NCBI GenBank assembly: GCA_035388785.1
Contig: DAOOQN010000001.1
Span: 23,996 to 87,995 of the forward strand
Length of the DNA: 64,000 nt
Reading direction: 5' to 3'
From: a bacterium
GTDB lineage: Bacteria; Patescibacteriota; Patescibacteriia; UBA2196
Shown here: in pieces, positions 47,037-56,931 of the stretch
How positions within the stretch are numbered: position 1 is the first letter of the stretch
Layout of the letters: each line of letters begins with the position of its first letter
The notes under the pieces: generated by a model
What the model was told of the DNA's origin: nothing
The model's input: only the letters and a program-made list of their open reading frames with translations
Database searches by the model: none
Translations under genes and position numbers: made by a program

Positions 47037-48443
47037 ATGCTATTAAAAACTATGAATACCACGCTAAAGCTCAAAAAAATCATCTTATTTTGCGGAGATA
47101 TTATCATCCTGTATGTTTCCTTGTGGCTGACCTTGGTTATCCGCTACCAAAAAATAAACATTAGCCAACATTGGCAGCAACACCTCATGCCTTTTTCTTT
47201 AATTTTTGTTTTGTGGCTAATCATTTTCTATATCAACAATCTTTACGATTTAAAAACCGCACGTAATAATATTACTTTTTATTCAATTTTGACTAAGAGT
47301 TTAATCTGGTGCGCTGCGGTGGCTGTGACTTTTTTCTATCTTTTTCAAGCCGGTATTGCGCCTAAAACCAATCTTTTTATTCAACTGTTGGTTTTTACTC
47401 TTTTGTTTGTCCTATGGCGACGTATATTTAATCAAATAGCTAACACAAAAATTTTATCCAGCCATGTATTAATTATTGGTTTATCATCTATATCCATAAA
47501 TTTGGCCTCAGATATTAACAACAAGCCTCAACTGGGTTTTAAGGTTCTGGCTGTTACCAACCATAACCAAGAAAAATTATTCACTGAAGACGAAAATTCC
47601 ACTCCCCTAACAGATATAGAAATAATTACCGAACCATTTAACTTGTCAGAAATTATTACAACCAAAAAAATCACCACCATCATTAACACTCTTGACCTAC
47701 GTCAAAACGAAAAAATTATGGATGAGCTTTATCAATCTCTCTCGCAAAAAATAGCTATTTTTGATTTATCAGTTTTTTTGGAAAAGTTTACCGGCAAGAT
47801 ACCGGTTAATGCTATTGGTCAAATTTGGTTTTTGGAAAATTTAAAAGAAGAAAATAAATCAATTTATGAAAGCAGTAAAAGAATTTTTGATATACTAATT
47901 TCTTTTGTAGCTTTGATTATTTCATTGCCATTTATGCCCTTGCTATATGCCATTGTAAAAGCCAATAGCCACGGACCTTTTTTGTTTAAACAAATTCGCA
48001 CTGGTAAAGACGGCAAAAAATTCTTAGCTATAAAAATTCGCACTATGCACAAAAATGCTGAAACTTTTGGGCCACAATGGGCAACTAAAAACGATCCACG
48101 CGTTACCAGAAGCGGTAGATTTCTTAGAAAAACAAGGATTGATGAAATTCCTCAACTCATTAATGTATTGCGTGGTGAAATGAGTTTTATTGGACCCCGA
48201 CCCGAACGACCAGAATTTGTTGAACAATTGACACAAAAAATTCCTTTTTACAATCAACGCCATTTAATCAAACCCGGACTGACCGGCTGGGCGCAGATCA
48301 ATTTTCCTTATGGCGCGTCTGAAGCCGATGCATTAGAAAAATTACAGTATGATCTTTATTATATAAAAAACCGTTCATTTGCGCTTGATTTATCAATTCT
48401 TTTAAAAACCATCAAAACAGTCCTTTCTGGTGGTGGAAGATAA
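47037..48443 (+). CDS. Second priming sugar-1-phosphate transferase
   Basis: KRIFDI, KIRTM, DPRVTRSG, RIDEIPQ, SFIGPRPERP, KPGLTGWAQ. Confidence 0.93.
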   Translation: MLLKTMNTTLKLKKIILFCGDIIILYVSLWLTLVIRYQKINISQHWQQHLMPFSLIFVLWLIIFYINNLYDLKTARNNITFYSILTKSLIWCAAVAVTFFYLFQAGIAPKTNLFIQLLVFTLLFVLWRRIFNQIANTKILSSHVLIIGLSSISINLASDINNKPQLGFKVLAVTNHNQEKLFTEDENSTPLTDIEIITEPFNLSEIITTKKITTIINTLDLRQNEKIMDELYQSLSQKIAIFDLSVFLEKFTGKIPVNAIGQIWFLENLKEENKSIYESSKRIFDILISFVALIISLPFMPLLYAIVKANSHGPFLFKQIRTGKDGKKFLAIKIRTMHKNAETFGPQWATKNDPRVTRSGRFLRKTRIDEIPQLINVLRGEMSFIGPRPERPEFVEQLTQKIPFYNQRHLIKPGLTGWAQINFPYGASEADALEKLQYDLYYIKNRSFALDLSILLKTIKTVLSGGGR

Positions 48444-48456
48444 AAATAAAAAACAC

Positions 48457-48493
48457 AAAAAACTGTTGTTTAAATACTAGACAACGGTTTTTT
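48457..48493. terminator. Bidirectional terminator
   Basis: AAAAAACTGTTGTTTA...TAGACAACGGTTTTTT between convergent genes. Confidence 0.8.
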
Positions 48494-50363
48494 AATTGCT
48501 AATTTTATAGATTCTAATTTCAGGAGAAATATTTTTTTCATAAATCAACTCTTTATTACCATAAAACTTCATAATATTAGAAGCTGACTGAAAGGTTGTA
48601 TCATAAATATTTCCAAAATAAGGTATTACAACGTATTTAACCTGGTACTGTTTTATCAACACTTCAAATTTTTCTTTTGTCTCTGGAAAAATAACCACCT
48701 TAGTTTGAGGTAAAAAATAATTCACAAAATTTGGATGTCGCGAAGCAATCATAATTGTGTCAGAAGTATTAATATTTCTAAAATATCCAGCTACCTCGCG
48801 TGCCATTAACATTGAATTGGGATGAGCGGGCTCTTTACCCACTGCGTTTTTAATTCCGCCCATCAGACTAAAGGTCAAACTACCCAGCATAAAAAAAATA
48901 ATGATTTGTCGCCAAGAACTATTTTTTGCTTTATCCATCACATACCAAAAACCCAACCCAGCAAAAAAAATAAAAATTGGATTCACTGCATAAAGATAAC
49001 GTGGCAGGGGTTTAAAAAAAGAAAAAAAGACATAATTAAGCGTTACATAAACAAACAAAAATAAAAACTTACGGCCATATTTACGAGCTCCAAAAATTAG
49101 ACCCAGACAAGAAAAAACAAAAATAAATACATCACCCGCAATTTGCATTGGCGTTTTTCTTAACAAAGTCAAAAAGTTAGCCACCCAATTTTTTATTATT
49201 TTTATGCTATTCACGCCAACCAAAGTTAAGAAACCTTGACTGGCAATGGCTTCTGTTTGATTAGTATTTTGATAGGTCGTCAGCCAGGTTGTGGCTGATT
49301 CGCTGGTGTGCAGTGGATTACCAAAAACAAAATAATTCCGCGCTAACCACGGCGAAACCACCACCAAAGCCGCTATACCCAAAAGCACCACAGCCTGCCA
49401 TATTTTTTTAGAATTAAAATTATGATCTCTTATAGCCAAAAAATAAATCAGCGCTATTGGTAATAATAAAACCACAGCTTGAAAGCGTGTCAAATAAGCT
49501 AATCCCAAACTAATGCCAGCCAAAATATAATGACGTGGTCTTGGACTGGCAGTTAAGAAAATAAAAAACAACAATGTAAAAAAAATAAAAGGCATTTCAG
49601 TCAAAATTTGTGTACTCCAACCAATAATTACATTATTGACTGTCAAAAAAATAGCCGCCACTACAGCCACTCTTTTACTTTTAGTTAACTGCCAAGTTAA
49701 AATAAAAATCAAAACCGGCAACAAACTAGAAAATAAAATGTTTACTAATCCAGCCTGTATAAAACCAGTACCAAAAACTTTGAAAACCACAAACAATAAA
49801 CTTGGAAACAATGGTGGAAAAAGAGCCACTGGATAAGGCACACTGTTGGTGAGGGCTGGATTATAAACTAAATGGCTAAAAAAGCCCTCATGTTTTAGCA
49901 AACTGATCGCCACATCAATATACTCAGCCCCATCATGTGCCAAAGTATATTCCGAAGTACAGAATAATAAAATAATTTTACCAGCCACATTAATAAGCAA
50001 CAACCCAACCAAAAACCATCTGATCCTTGAATTTATAACCCCTTGCCATAAAAATTTAAAACCTTTTAATAGACGATTATTTAAAGCGGAAAATTTAAAT
50101 AAAAAAGCAGCTATAATTAGTAATATTCCCCATACGGCAAAAAATATTTTTAAAGGGTCAAAATAAAGCTGGTTTATTTTTTCCAAACCAACCAAACTAA
50201 CCACGTGGCCTTGAATTAAATTAATTACACCAGTTAATTTAAAAGCATCCAAAAAAATATACACTCCGGCGCTAATTAATAAAAAAAATAAACCCACATA
50301 AAAAACTATTTTTGGACGGCCAGCTAAAAAATTATGCTTAATAGTTGTAATATTAAATCGCAT
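48492..50363 (-). CDS. GT-C fold (ArnT/PMT-like) glycosyltransferase
   Basis: HDGAEY, FPPLFP, LTEMPF, AYLTR, PWLARNY, RYL. Confidence 0.82.
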   Translation of the reverse strand: MRFNITTIKHNFLAGRPKIVFYVGLFFLLISAGVYIFLDAFKLTGVINLIQGHVVSLVGLEKINQLYFDPLKIFFAVWGILLIIAAFLFKFSALNNRLLKGFKFLWQGVINSRIRWFLVGLLLINVAGKIILLFCTSEYTLAHDGAEYIDVAISLLKHEGFFSHLVYNPALTNSVPYPVALFPPLFPSLLFVVFKVFGTGFIQAGLVNILFSSLLPVLIFILTWQLTKSKRVAVVAAIFLTVNNVIIGWSTQILTEMPFIFFTLLFFIFLTASPRPRHYILAGISLGLAYLTRFQAVVLLLPIALIYFLAIRDHNFNSKKIWQAVVLLGIAALVVVSPWLARNYFVFGNPLHTSESATTWLTTYQNTNQTEAIASQGFLTLVGVNSIKIIKNWVANFLTLLRKTPMQIAGDVFIFVFSCLGLIFGARKYGRKFLFLFVYVTLNYVFFSFFKPLPRYLYAVNPIFIFFAGLGFWYVMDKAKNSSWRQIIIFFMLGSLTFSLMGGIKNAVGKEPAHPNSMLMAREVAGYFRNINTSDTIMIASRHPNFVNYFLPQTKVVIFPETKEKFEVLIKQYQVKYVVIPYFGNIYDTTFQSASNIMKFYGNKELIYEKNISPEIRIYKISN

Positions 50364-51303
50364 ACTTTTTTATCTTATGAATCAAAAAAACCAAACCCAA
50401 CAAAATCAATTCCGTCACTGTAAACCACAGTCTAGAAAGTAAAGATAGAAAAACAGCCATACCAGCAAAAAAATAAAACTTCAAAATCAAAGCCATTGTC
50501 CCCTCTTTAACTCCCAAACCACTGGGTAAAAAAATCATTATGACTCCCAAACCAACCGATAATAGATAAGCGCCCATAATGCCCGGTAAAAAATTCCAGT
50601 TCATTTTCCCCACTGCCATAACAAAAAAGAAAAAACCAACCGCCTGTAAAAGATAACAAACTCCATAACTCAACCAGGCTTTTAACATCTGTGAATATTT
50701 TAAAAAATGTTTGACATCCACAACCTCTCTTTTCATTTTTTTCAAAATTAAATTCAACATTGGGTAAAAAAAACGTGGATGCATAATAATCAAACCAAAA
50801 ATTCCAGCCCCACCAGCCAAGACAAAAGCCAAGGAAGAAAAATTTCCGACCGACAAAAACACAAACACAACACCCAAACTAAGCACGGCCGCGGCTGAAA
50901 GGCCCACATCTAAAATAGAAGCCGCTAAAAGATTTTGACTAGAAAAACCATATGGTCGACCTAATAAAACTCGCACCAAAACACTCCACACACTACCTGG
51001 TATATAGCGACTGAATTCAGCATAAACATAAATTTTAATAGTACTCCAAACATTTATTTGCGACGTCTTTTCCATATCATACAAAATTTTACGCCACACC
51101 AAACTCATACCAATTAAACCTAAAATAAGAAAAATAAAAGACACCAAAAGATAAAAATAATTAAAAGTAAAAGGATAATCTTTAACTTGTTGCCAATTGT
51201 TAACCAACACACGCCCCAAAAAAAAGATAATCAAAATTATCACCAGATACCAAAAACTTTTTTGTATTTTTTGTGATACCATCTTCATATATGAGCTAAT
51301 CAA
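50353..51303 (-). CDS. Lysylphosphatidylglycerol-synthase TM domain (UPF0104) flippase-like protein
   Basis: RYIPGSVW, PSGLGVKEG, SRLW. Confidence 0.82.
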   Translation of the reverse strand: MISSYMKMVSQKIQKSFWYLVIILIIFFLGRVLVNNWQQVKDYPFTFNYFYLLVSFIFLILGLIGMSLVWRKILYDMEKTSQINVWSTIKIYVYAEFSRYIPGSVWSVLVRVLLGRPYGFSSQNLLAASILDVGLSAAAVLSLGVVFVFLSVGNFSSLAFVLAGGAGIFGLIIMHPRFFYPMLNLILKKMKREVVDVKHFLKYSQMLKAWLSYGVCYLLQAVGFFFFVMAVGKMNWNFLPGIMGAYLLSVGLGVIMIFLPSGLGVKEGTMALILKFYFFAGMAVFLSLLSRLWFTVTELILLGLVFLIHKIKKYAI

Positions 51304-53324
51304 AATTTATACAGTTTGGGCAAACTATTAATTTTAAGCATGGTTTGACGAAAATCAATACCAATCGTGTCACAATACCACTGAATGGCTTCCTGACGTG
51401 GATGATTATCTTCTCGTGCGCGTCTTAGGGCCTCTTCTCTTGATAATACTCCCTCTCTAATTTGATTACTACGTAAAGTATCGTTTTCAGTAAATCCCAC
51501 GCTCATAAAATAAATATAATTATAAAAAGACGCTGTCCCGTCACCAATCCGCCAAGTACTTTTACTATGTGGAGCTGTCTCCCATTCATACTCATTAATT
51601 AAAGTTGATTCTATCTCTTGTTCATTCCAACGTAAATATTCAAACAAAAAAAGATAATTATGCGGAATTAAATAATACATGGCATAAGCCGACAAAGTAT
51701 CCGCTATAGAACTGTTAAAAAAAGCCGGATTAGTTACAAAATGTCGCATATAATACCAAGCCTGCTTAACTTGTTTTAACCCAGACAAACCATAAATCTG
51801 ACGATTAACATTACTATATGCCGGTGCCACACCACAAAAACCAGATTTAAAATATGTTTTTTCCAATGGATTTTGACACATCACCGCCAAGCCAACACCC
51901 ATCTGTTTTTTGACCTGATTAGCAAAATAGAAAAACTGTTTATCACCAGCCATAAAAAGTGGTACTGTTCCCAAATCAGGTTTTTTAAGCCAAGCCACAA
52001 CATTTTTTTTAATATTAGAACGTTTTCTGCGAATATCAGCTGAAACTAAAATGTGTTCAATACCCAATTTGCCTGTCATGCGCGCTTGATTACGTCTTCC
52101 CAAATCCGTCAGCATACCCCAATCATAGGAATATGCCACTGGATGCATATCTAAAACCTTTTTTAGATAATGCAAACCATAGCTGGAATCGCGCCCACCG
52201 CTAAAAGCCACCACACAATCTACCGCACCGTTTTTGTTGCGATAAGGCGCTAAAAAATTTTTTAATTCTTCAGTACTCTTAGTTTTTATTGGCTGATAAT
52301 TATGACAATAATTACAAACTCCTGTTTCGTCAAACTCAATAAACGGAAAGGTTTCGGGTAGTATACAACGTGTACAGCGTTTAAGATTAAGTAAGGCTTT
52401 TTCTGTATTAGCAATATGTTTATTCAACTCTTCATCCGGGCTAAAAAAAACTGGAGCAAAAACTTCTGTCTTCGGGACACTTGGAGAGTAATCAATTATT
52501 TTTTTATTTGTAACAAAAAAATTATTATCTACTGCCTCTTGTTGATCAGTTTGATCTAAAGAAAATTCTATACATTTAAAATTATCAAAATTTATCAACA
52601 TTCCGCACCGAGCTTCTAATTGCGTAATTTTAAATTCACCACAATGCTTTATAAATTCATTTCGCTTTAATAATTGTTCCAAAATATATTTTTCCGAAGC
52701 AAAAATAAAAATATCTTTTTGTTCATCCAGTGACTGCAAAAAATAAAGCGAACCGTTGTTGGTCGCTAATAAAAGATTATTACTTTGACTAAAAGCAAGC
52801 GCAATTGAGGCTGTGCCTTTTAAAAGTTGATAAGTTTTTTTAACCGCAGTAAGAACACTTTGATTTTGATCTAAAAAATTTTTAATCAAACTTAAAATTA
52901 TCTCCGTATCAACTTCGTATGTCCTGCGTAAATTTGGAAACCGCTTCCACAACTCACTATCATTAGTTACAATGCCGTTGTGCACTGCCACCAAACCATC
53001 TTTATTCACCGGTTGATTGTTGTTAACTTCTGCCTCTGTGCCATTGGTCACCAAACGTGCGTGTCCTATGGCTACCAAAGGAAAACAACCGTCTGTATTT
53101 AAATTATTTTTTAAAAATTCTTGGTAACTTGGTTGCTTTATCATTGCCGAAGCCGACAGTGGTTGTTTATAAATAGTAATACTATTCTGTAAAACACACG
53201 CCAAACCAGCTGCCTCTTTACCACGCGATTCTGAAAGTTTAAAAAGCTCTTTTAATAAATTCTGATAATTAGCTGGTTCATTAGCAATTTTTTTATCAAC
53301 TACAAAACCAAAAATTCCACACAT
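51300..53324 (-). CDS. Fusion of a class II glutamine amidotransferase and a WbpG/WbuX-like N-acetyl-sugar amidotransferase (PP-loop)
   Basis: MCGIFG, GHARLVTNG, NNQP, HNG, DTE; then CTRC..CNYC and SGGRDSS. Confidence 0.8.
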   Translation of the reverse strand: MCGIFGFVVDKKIANEPANYQNLLKELFKLSESRGKEAAGLACVLQNSITIYKQPLSASAMIKQPSYQEFLKNNLNTDGCFPLVAIGHARLVTNGTEAEVNNNQPVNKDGLVAVHNGIVTNDSELWKRFPNLRRTYEVDTEIILSLIKNFLDQNQSVLTAVKKTYQLLKGTASIALAFSQSNNLLLATNNGSLYFLQSLDEQKDIFIFASEKYILEQLLKRNEFIKHCGEFKITQLEARCGMLINFDNFKCIEFSLDQTDQQEAVDNNFFVTNKKIIDYSPSVPKTEVFAPVFFSPDEELNKHIANTEKALLNLKRCTRCILPETFPFIEFDETGVCNYCHNYQPIKTKSTEELKNFLAPYRNKNGAVDCVVAFSGGRDSSYGLHYLKKVLDMHPVAYSYDWGMLTDLGRRNQARMTGKLGIEHILVSADIRRKRSNIKKNVVAWLKKPDLGTVPLFMAGDKQFFYFANQVKKQMGVGLAVMCQNPLEKTYFKSGFCGVAPAYSNVNRQIYGLSGLKQVKQAWYYMRHFVTNPAFFNSSIADTLSAYAMYYLIPHNYLFLFEYLRWNEQEIESTLINEYEWETAPHSKSTWRIGDGTASFYNYIYFMSVGFTENDTLRSNQIREGVLSREEALRRAREDNHPRQEAIQWYCDTIGIDFRQTMLKINSLPKLYKF

Positions 53325-53330
53325 AAAAAA

Positions 53331-54104
53331 TTAATTAAACTGGGCAATTATATTAATATTCCAGCTTATTTTTTTTAAAAACTTAGCCACGTATTTATCT
53401 AAAAATTTATCCATCCCAACCGCCAAGCGGCTCATTGGCACAGCAATAAACTGCGGTTTAATAATGACCTGCGCAAAAGGTGGGGAAAAAAAACCTTGAT
53501 AGGTAATTTTTTTTATTTTCAAATTATATTTAGTCAATAGTTCTCTTAATTCATTTTCAGAAAAAAACTTCTGATCACGAGAATAATTTTTATCCACCAA
53601 TGTCCTTAAAAAACGCAACCCTTGTAATAAAAAGTTACTCCGATATGGTTCACTAATTATCAGATAATCACCGCTTTTAGTTATTTTTTTTAATGTTACA
53701 AAAACCTCATCCAAAGCTGTCATGTGGTGCAAAGCACCAATAGACAACACAGTATCGATGGTTTGATAAATATTTTGCTGTTGAGCAATTTCTTTTACGT
53801 TGATACATTTAAATTCAGCCTTTAAATTACCACGGTTATATTCTCTGGCTTTTTCAATCAAAATTTCTGACTGGTCAATACCTACATATTTTTCATAATA
53901 ACCATCAAGATATTTGGCTGGTGCGCCAATACCACATCCAATTTCTAATACATTTCCCAAAGTTACTTTATAATTCAAACATAAATGTAATAAATACTGC
54001 ACCCAATAACGACGTGCAATTTGTGATGATTGCGTTATATCCTTTATCGCATATTTGTCAGCAATACGATTAAATAAAAGACGGTCAGTGTTTTCTTGAT
54101 CCAT
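53331..54104 (-). CDS. Class I SAM-dependent methyltransferase
   Basis: VLEIGCGIG, YVGIDQS, GALHH. Confidence 0.88.
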   Translation of the reverse strand: MDQENTDRLLFNRIADKYAIKDITQSSQIARRYWVQYLLHLCLNYKVTLGNVLEIGCGIGAPAKYLDGYYEKYVGIDQSEILIEKAREYNRGNLKAEFKCINVKEIAQQQNIYQTIDTVLSIGALHHMTALDEVFVTLKKITKSGDYLIISEPYRSNFLLQGLRFLRTLVDKNYSRDQKFFSENELRELLTKYNLKIKKITYQGFFSPPFAQVIIKPQFIAVPMSRLAVGMDKFLDKYVAKFLKKISWNINIIAQFN

Positions 54105-54115
54105 AAAAATAAAAA

Positions 54116-54985
54116 TTAGGCGTCAGTTTCTCTACGCAAAGCTGCAATTTGATCAGCCAAAAGACCAAAAAAGAAAATTAACAAACCCGTTACCAATAAC
54201 AAAACCGTGGTATCAGTCAAATTCAAAAGTATAACATCATACACAAAAGAAACGAGAAATAAACACAATAATAAAAAACTCACCGGTACAAAAACCCTTA
54301 ACGGTGAAAATAACATTACCAATCGTACCATTAACATAATTGTCTTAAAACCATCTTTTAAGCTAACTGCGCTTTTACCATTTTGACGCGGATTAATTTC
54401 AATTGGCACAAATTTTACATTTTGGCCATCTTTAAGAAAAGCCATAGTAGAGGTGCTGGACAAAGAATAACCATTGGGAAAAAGATGTAAATATTTTTGC
54501 ATTAAATCTTTTCTAGCCAAACGCAAACCGGAATTTAAGTCAGGAATTTTTGCTTGTACCAAATATTCAGCTAACCAGTGTAATATTTTTTTGCCTGGCT
54601 GACGCAACCATGGGCCCTTATAGCCATTAGTCCGCGCACCAATAATTAGATCATAGTTTGGAATCTCCGCAATTAAATCGTCTAAACTACTAAAACGATG
54701 TTGACCATCACCATCAAAGGTCAAAATCCACTCACTCATAGACGCTCGCACACCCGTTTTTATAGCTGCCCCATAACCCTTGTTGTATGGATGCGAAATA
54801 ATTTTAATTTTTTCACCAAATTCTTGCAATTTTTCTAAGGTTCCATCTGTAGAACCATCATTAATCACCATTACATCCACCTTCCAACTTTTTGTACTTA
54901 AATAACCCAAAAGAGCCCTCAATGTGGCGGTAATGGCTTTCTCTTCATTAAAAACTGGTATGATAATAGAAAGTGTTGTCAGCAT
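54116..54985 (-). CDS. DPM-like GT2 with C-terminal TM helices
   Basis: IIPVFNEE, NDGSTD, NKGYGAA, FDGDGQH, DLNSGLR. Confidence 0.9.
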   Translation of the reverse strand: MLTTLSIIIPVFNEEKAITATLRALLGYLSTKSWKVDVMVINDGSTDGTLEKLQEFGEKIKIISHPYNKGYGAAIKTGVRASMSEWILTFDGDGQHRFSSLDDLIAEIPNYDLIIGARTNGYKGPWLRQPGKKILHWLAEYLVQAKIPDLNSGLRLARKDLMQKYLHLFPNGYSLSSTSTMAFLKDGQNVKFVPIEINPRQNGKSAVSLKDGFKTIMLMVRLVMLFSPLRVFVPVSFLLLCLFLVSFVYDVILLNLTDTTVLLLVTGLLIFFFGLLADQIAALRRETDA

Positions 54986-55097
54986 ATAATAACTTATTTA
55001 TAACACAAAAAACGGATAAAAGTAAAATGGACAAAAAGACTTAATTTATGATATGATAAAATAAATATATTAATTAAATTAAATATAAAAAATAATT

Positions 55098-56000
55098 ATG
55101 AAAATCCTTATCACTGGTAATCTGGGTTTTATTGCTTCCCATCTGCACAAAAGGATGAGTGAATTGGGACATGAAGTTGTAGGCATAGACAACGCCAGCC
55201 ACCCCTGTGGTCAAGTAGTCCCCTACCAATATGCTGACGTACGTTACTATCAAAGTGTTTATAAATTTATTGAGTGGTCTGATTTTGTTTTTCATCTAGC
55301 CGCCCAGATAAACGTTGATAAATCCATCGACCAATCACAGGAAACCATTGAGACAAACATTGTCGGTACGGCCAACATACTAGATGCGGTCACCAAGTTT
55401 AATAAAAAAATGATTTATGCTTCCTCCTCAGAAATTTACGGCTCATCTCTCAGTGAAATTATGGACGAAGATCATGCTTTGAATCCACAATCACCTTATG
55501 GTGCGTCAAAAGCTGGAGCTGACCGATTATGCAAAGCATATTTTACTACTTATAACACAAAGGTTATTATTCAAAGAAATTTTAACGTTTTTGGCGAATA
55601 TCAAAATAGTGACCTTTATGGAGCAGTCATACCAAAATTTATTAGTCATGCCCTAAAAAATGAACCACTTGAGATTTATGGCGATGGAACTCAAGAACGT
55701 GATTTTATGCATATTCAAGATGCCATTCAAGCTTATCAGTTTTCTTTTAACCATGAGCCGTGGGGTGAGGAAATAAATTTTGGCACCGGACACACAGTTA
55801 GCATCAACCAGCTAGCTGAAATGATTATTAAAATTACCAATTCAAAATCAACCATAATTCATACCAATGCACGTCCAGGAGAAATTAAAAGACTTTGTGC
55901 CGGTATTGAAAAAGCTAAAAAACTTGGCTTCTCACCACAAACTGATTTTGAGCGCGATTTAACTAGTTATATAAATTGGTATAAAAAATTTATTTTTTAA
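55098..56000 (+). CDS. NAD-dependent nucleotide-sugar epimerase/dehydratase
   Basis: TGNLGFIAS, HLAA, ASSSEIYG, SPYGASK, GDGTQERDF. Confidence 0.92.
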   Translation: MKILITGNLGFIASHLHKRMSELGHEVVGIDNASHPCGQVVPYQYADVRYYQSVYKFIEWSDFVFHLAAQINVDKSIDQSQETIETNIVGTANILDAVTKFNKKMIYASSSEIYGSSLSEIMDEDHALNPQSPYGASKAGADRLCKAYFTTYNTKVIIQRNFNVFGEYQNSDLYGAVIPKFISHALKNEPLEIYGDGTQERDFMHIQDAIQAYQFSFNHEPWGEEINFGTGHTVSINQLAEMIIKITNSKSTIIHTNARPGEIKRLCAGIEKAKKLGFSPQTDFERDLTSYINWYKKFIF

Positions 56001-56010
56001 AAATAGATTT

Positions 56011-56931
56011 ATGAAAAAAAATGCTTTAATCACAGGCATTAATGGTTTCACTGGCCACTATTTAGCGCCTTTATTAATCAAAAAAAGTTATAAAATCATT
56101 GGTTTAGGAAAAGAAAAAAAATCCAACCATAATTCAATCTACTATCAATCTGATTTACAAAATACAAACAAACTTCTTCAAATTCTTAAAAAACATAAAC
56201 CAAATCAAATTTACCATTTGGCCGGAATTTTTCGCGGCCATAATGAACAAGACTTTGTTAAAAATAATTTTTTAACAACCTTAAATCTATTAGCAACGAT
56301 TAATCAAATTAAAGGATATAAACCACACATCTTACTTGTTGGTAGTTTTGCAGAATATGGCAATTTATCAAAAAAACAAATTACTGAACAAGACTCAGGT
56401 GAAATTGCGAACTTTTATGGACTTTCAAAAAAAATGCAAACCGAATTAGGCATCTTCTTTGCAAAAACTTATAATTTAAAAATTAACATTGTCAGACCAT
56501 CAACTTTAATTGGACCTGGTGCGCCAAATGTTATGTTAACCGGCAATCTTATACAACAAATTAAACAAGGCATCACAAAAATAAAAATAAACAATATGGA
56601 CGTAACTCGGGACTCACTTGATATACGTGATGCGGTTCATCTTTACTGGCTAATAAACACTAGCCACTTAAAAGGTGAGGTAATTAACGCCTGTTTCGGC
56701 AAACCACTCACCAACCGCCACCTAGCTTTAGAAATTAAAAAAAGAGTTGAACAAAAAATCGAAAAAATAATTACTTTTGATGAAAACAAAAAAAACTTTT
56801 CGCCAATCAAAATCAGTGTTGGTTCAAATAAAAAAGCCAAAAAAATATTTAATTGGCAACCAAGGATTAGTTTTACCGAATCAATAAATTTTATATTTGA
56901 ACAAGAACTGAATTTATGCGACAAAAAATAA
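56011..56931 (+). CDS. NAD-dependent epimerase/reductase (RMD-like)
   Basis: TGINGFTG, YHLAG, GSFAEYG, YGLSK. Confidence 0.85.
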   Translation: MKKNALITGINGFTGHYLAPLLIKKSYKIIGLGKEKKSNHNSIYYQSDLQNTNKLLQILKKHKPNQIYHLAGIFRGHNEQDFVKNNFLTTLNLLATINQIKGYKPHILLVGSFAEYGNLSKKQITEQDSGEIANFYGLSKKMQTELGIFFAKTYNLKINIVRPSTLIGPGAPNVMLTGNLIQQIKQGITKIKINNMDVTRDSLDIRDAVHLYWLINTSHLKGEVINACFGKPLTNRHLALEIKKRVEQKIEKIITFDENKKNFSPIKISVGSNKKAKKIFNWQPRISFTESINFIFEQELNLCDKK

